Positions 61,328 to 64,000 of a stretch of DNA of 64,000 nt are shown in pieces. The stretch lies in IMG/VR virus record IMGVR_UViG_3300044712_000786, positions 64,001 through 128,000 of that record. One strand, given 5' to 3'. Every line of letters begins with the position of its first letter. The first letter of the stretch is position 1. Source of the stretch: a virus (taxonomy: Duplodnaviria; Caudoviricetes). Position numbers and translations under genes: made by a program. The notes beneath the pieces were generated by a model. That model searched no databases. It was given only the letters and a program-made list of their open reading frames with translations, and was not told where the DNA came from.

Positions 61328-62329
61328 TTATTTGGGTCCATTTACTAAGATGGGCTCATACCAATCTATTCTGCTTAAACTCTTCTGGGGTCCGAATCTA
61401 ACGGTGTGCTGATGTCCTATTCTAAAATGCATCCTAGGACTTAAGTGACTGCCACCCAAATAGTTAGCTTCAGTCTTAATTTTATAGCCCTTGCCAATAT
61501 AGCTAGGGTGCCATAGAGCATCTTTACTTAGTTGTCCCTTCTTAAACCTAGCCTCTCTCGCTATAGAACCACTACTAATCATGCCAGACCTAGCGGACAA
61601 TACTAACAAAATTTTAACTGCTAACTGAGTTAATTTGCCAATAATTTCTCTCTCTTCTTCTTGGGGAGGTATCGGGCAATCATGCTTGCATAAGCTATCT
61701 CCCAAGCCCTCGCTAATTGAATTAAACAGCTTTCTTTCCATCGCTGTAGTATCTTCAAAGTAAGCGTCATCTTTAAAGAGGGTAGTTAAGTCATGGCCTA
61801 AATGATACCAACTCGCGTAACTAATAGCGAAACCATCATCGGGAATAAACAGAAATTGAAACCCCAGAATATCTTTGCCTACAGGAAGAGTTTTACCTCC
61901 CTGAGATACTACTTGATTTGCGTCAATCTTAGAAAAAGCAATATAGGGAATGCGCCACTTAATACTATTGAAGATGTATCCCTGAGGCAGGACGAAGAGC
62001 ATAGAGTCTAGCGGCAACTTTATATCGCTAAACTTAATATCTAAGGGAGGCTTAGTATAATCACAAGCCATTAAGAATTCGGGCTCTACAAAGTAAGTAG
62101 GAAGCCGAAATCTTAAAAGATTTTCCATAATAGCCGCAATGACACAATTAGTCTCACTAGGAAGAAGGTCCATGTCAAACCCACCCCTCGCGGCTATACT
62201 TAAAGAGTAATACTTGGGGTCATAGTATCCGTTAGGACATACTATCCTTCTGGGGTAAACTAAATTCCAGAGTTTGGGGCTATTATCCTTAAACTCTTCT
62301 ATTTGCGAATCTAGCGGGGGAATTTTCAT
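61328..62329 (-). CDS. Hypothetical phage protein
   Basis: 333 aa; C-terminal SPRMHFRIGH...IDWYEPILVN. Confidence 0.65.
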   Translation of the reverse strand: MKIPPLDSQIEEFKDNSPKLWNLVYPRRIVCPNGYYDPKYYSLSIAARGGFDMDLLPSETNCVIAAIMENLLRFRLPTYFVEPEFLMACDYTKPPLDIKFSDIKLPLDSMLFVLPQGYIFNSIKWRIPYIAFSKIDANQVVSQGGKTLPVGKDILGFQFLFIPDDGFAISYASWYHLGHDLTTLFKDDAYFEDTTAMERKLFNSISEGLGDSLCKHDCPIPPQEEEREIIGKLTQLAVKILLVLSARSGMISSGSIAREARFKKGQLSKDALWHPSYIGKGYKIKTEANYLGGSHLSPRMHFRIGHQHTVRFGPQKSLSRIDWYEPILVNGPK

Positions 62330-62749
62330 TTAATACCAACTACAATCATAAACCCACTTGACATCATTAAAGTTAAGCTGATGTTCATTAGACCTTATTT
62401 CTAAGGAGTAAGCTTCATTGATAAGTTTCCTATATTCCTCAAAGTCTTTCGGAACTTCGGTTTCTTCTAATAGAATGAACTTATCTCGAAATACGTAATC
62501 AGTATGTCCATCATCGCCATAGTTCTCATGAACTTCAATAGCAACGGTTCGAACATTCTGAGAATATCTACTACCGTTATAGTTCCCTTCCTTTAAGACA
62601 GGGGGAAAATCAGTATAATAATAAAAAGCTTCGTTTAAGCGAAATTCTTGGTTAGGTTTCTCAAGGACTAGCTCGGTGGGCAGGAAACATAAAAAATGAC
62701 GCCCCCGAAGCCACTTTACATTAAAATCCTTTAAACCTATAATTTTCAC
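62330..62749 (-). CDS. Hypothetical protein
   Basis: 139 aa ORF. Confidence 0.55.
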   Translation of the reverse strand: MKIIGLKDFNVKWLRGRHFLCFLPTELVLEKPNQEFRLNEAFYYYTDFPPVLKEGNYNGSRYSQNVRTVAIEVHENYGDDGHTDYVFRDKFILLEETEVPKDFEEYRKLINEAYSLEIRSNEHQLNFNDVKWVYDCSWY

Positions 62750-62869
62750 AAACCTCTTTCGCTCAAATACTTATCGAGCTTATGACATTGCTGAAAAACA
62801 GAAAGCTTTTTATTCTTTTTTAATTTTTCGTAGAATTTATCGACTGCCTTAGTTACCTTTTGATATTTT

Positions 62870-63070
62870 TTAGCCATGCACCGATTCTATCGAAACTTTT
62901 CTTGAAGTCAACGACGAAGTCAGGTGCCAAAGACCGCAAAACTCGCAACGATAAGCCATAAAGCCCTTAGCGCTAGAGTCTTCCTCCATTATCTCGGAAG
63001 CTCTTAAAAATGCCGCATCGTGACTTTTAAAGCCAATCTTGCCCGTCCTAAGACATTTAGACCGTTTCAT
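62870..63070 (-). CDS. Small Zn-binding protein
   Basis: C..TGK..F.....A...AYRCEFCGLWHLTS. Confidence 0.65.
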   Translation of the reverse strand: MKRSKCLRTGKIGFKSHDAAFLRASEIMEEDSSAKGFMAYRCEFCGLWHLTSSLTSRKVSIESVHG

Positions 63071-63204
63071 TTGTCTCTGTTTTTGCTTTACAAATATCTG
63101 AGCAAAACCAAGACGTTTTCAGGTCTTGAATCTCGGGGGTCCATCCGTCCATCCAAACATCTTTGATGTTTCGAACTTCTAACTCCTTACCGCAGGACTC
63201 GCAC

Positions 63205-63843
63205 TTAACTTTCATTTTTGTGAATTAAGAAGTATTCCCATTCGGGCCTTACAGATTCTTGAATCAGGGCGCAAGCAGGAATCTTCTTGGGTTCTTTTAG
63301 TCTATATTGAGGTTTATATTTCCATTGGGTAACAGGAATGTTACCCCTTTCGCTATTGAGTTTTTTGTCTGCAATAGCTAAATTGCCCCAAGTATTTTTG
63401 CCCTTATGACTCTTGGGAGTCATGTGTTCAATAGAAGCTTCATTTAAACTAAGCTTTCTATTAGACCAAATGCATTTACCCCCATACATCTTGTATAGAT
63501 TTCTCTTAGTGGGGTGAATTTCCTTCATTACCATCCTATCATAGTTTTTAGCAACTAAGACGATGGGGGCACGAATAGTCAGTCTGGGAGTATTAATGGG
63601 AACATCCCAAGGTCTAACAGGAAGGGAAAACCAGTCTTCACACGTAGTAGGGTAATACTCAACATCTTCGGTCCAATTGGGATTACCATCTTTGTCTAGA
63701 GTATACCGTAAGTCTAAAGCAATAGCGGCAACGTCCCCATCTTTGGTGGAGTTCATTGCCACTAAAGCCTTCTTAATCGTTATCACACCAATAGGTTGAT
63801 AAAGCGAATTAAGAACTAAAACCCATTCTTTATTTAGATGCAT
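63205..63843 (-). CDS. HNH endonuclease (McrA-like) with N-terminal VLVLN domain
   Basis: VLVLNSLYQPI; SIEHMTPKSHKG.NTWGNL......N..RGN. Confidence 0.8.
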   Translation of the reverse strand: MHLNKEWVLVLNSLYQPIGVITIKKALVAMNSTKDGDVAAIALDLRYTLDKDGNPNWTEDVEYYPTTCEDWFSLPVRPWDVPINTPRLTIRAPIVLVAKNYDRMVMKEIHPTKRNLYKMYGGKCIWSNRKLSLNEASIEHMTPKSHKGKNTWGNLAIADKKLNSERGNIPVTQWKYKPQYRLKEPKKIPACALIQESVRPEWEYFLIHKNES

Positions 63844-63887
63844 GTCAATTACATGCTCGCAGGAATTTTTAAAAAATCAAGAAAAAA

Positions 63888-64000
63888 CTACTTGGTGGGA
63901 GGGACAGGAGGGGACATATTTTCGGTATAGGCTTGCCATACCTTTGAGCCTAGCAAGGCCCCCAGAACGACAACGACACCCCAAGGGATGTCCTCTACCT
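63888..64000 (-). CDS. C-terminal fragment of a small membrane protein (holin-like), runs off the right edge
   Basis: ...GHPLGVVVVLGALLGSKVWQAYTENMSPPVPPTK-stop. Confidence 0.35.
   Translation of the reverse strand, partial: VEDIPWGVVVVLGALLGSKVWQAYTENMSPPVPPTK

Noticed and set aside
1-64000. Stop-codon recoding as the cause of the many short ORFs
   Set aside because: Long genes are intact under the standard code, all three stops are used, and the mini-ORFs lie in different frames with their own ATGs.

Overview
AT-rich segment of a large tailed dsDNA phage genome. No tools were used: family names come from recognised motifs, not database searches. (1) 1-7.9 kb, minus strand: packaging and late module with portal (truncated at the left edge), large terminase, C2H2+ERCC4 nuclease, possible small terminase, sigma-factor-like protein and PhoH; several starts are preceded by GTGTAA. 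(2) 8.1-11.7 kb, plus strand: an amino-methyltransferase-like gene, then a tandem array of ~55-75 aa ORFs punctuated by 11 copies of GATTTTTGAAA. (3) 11.75-13.15 kb: convergent junction with long C/G runs and short repeats. (4) 12-64 kb, almost all minus strand: early/accessory region with dozens of TTGACN-N16-TANNNT promoters placed 6 nt before the ATG (leaderless mRNAs). It encodes ArdC, acidic mini-proteins, a bL12-CTD-like protein, an i-type-lysozyme-like protein, DUF932, gp88-like, histone-like, DUF6745, HD hydrolase, nucleotidyltransferase, RuvB-like ATPase, rIIA/rIIB, HNH and Vsr-like endonucleases, and a cupin/CoaB-aldolase/methyltransferase operon. RNA genes: one normal tRNA-Leu(UAA), two tRNA-shaped RNAs each with a ~110 nt structured insertion at a non-canonical site, and three promoter-driven structured RNAs without a convincing ORF. 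The most unusual signals are the interrupted tRNA-like RNAs with their neighbouring ncRNAs and a hyperdiverse family of roughly 60 or more translationally coupled ~60 aa mini-genes. No GATC site was seen on manual reading. A PVC/Acidobacteria-like host is a weak inference.
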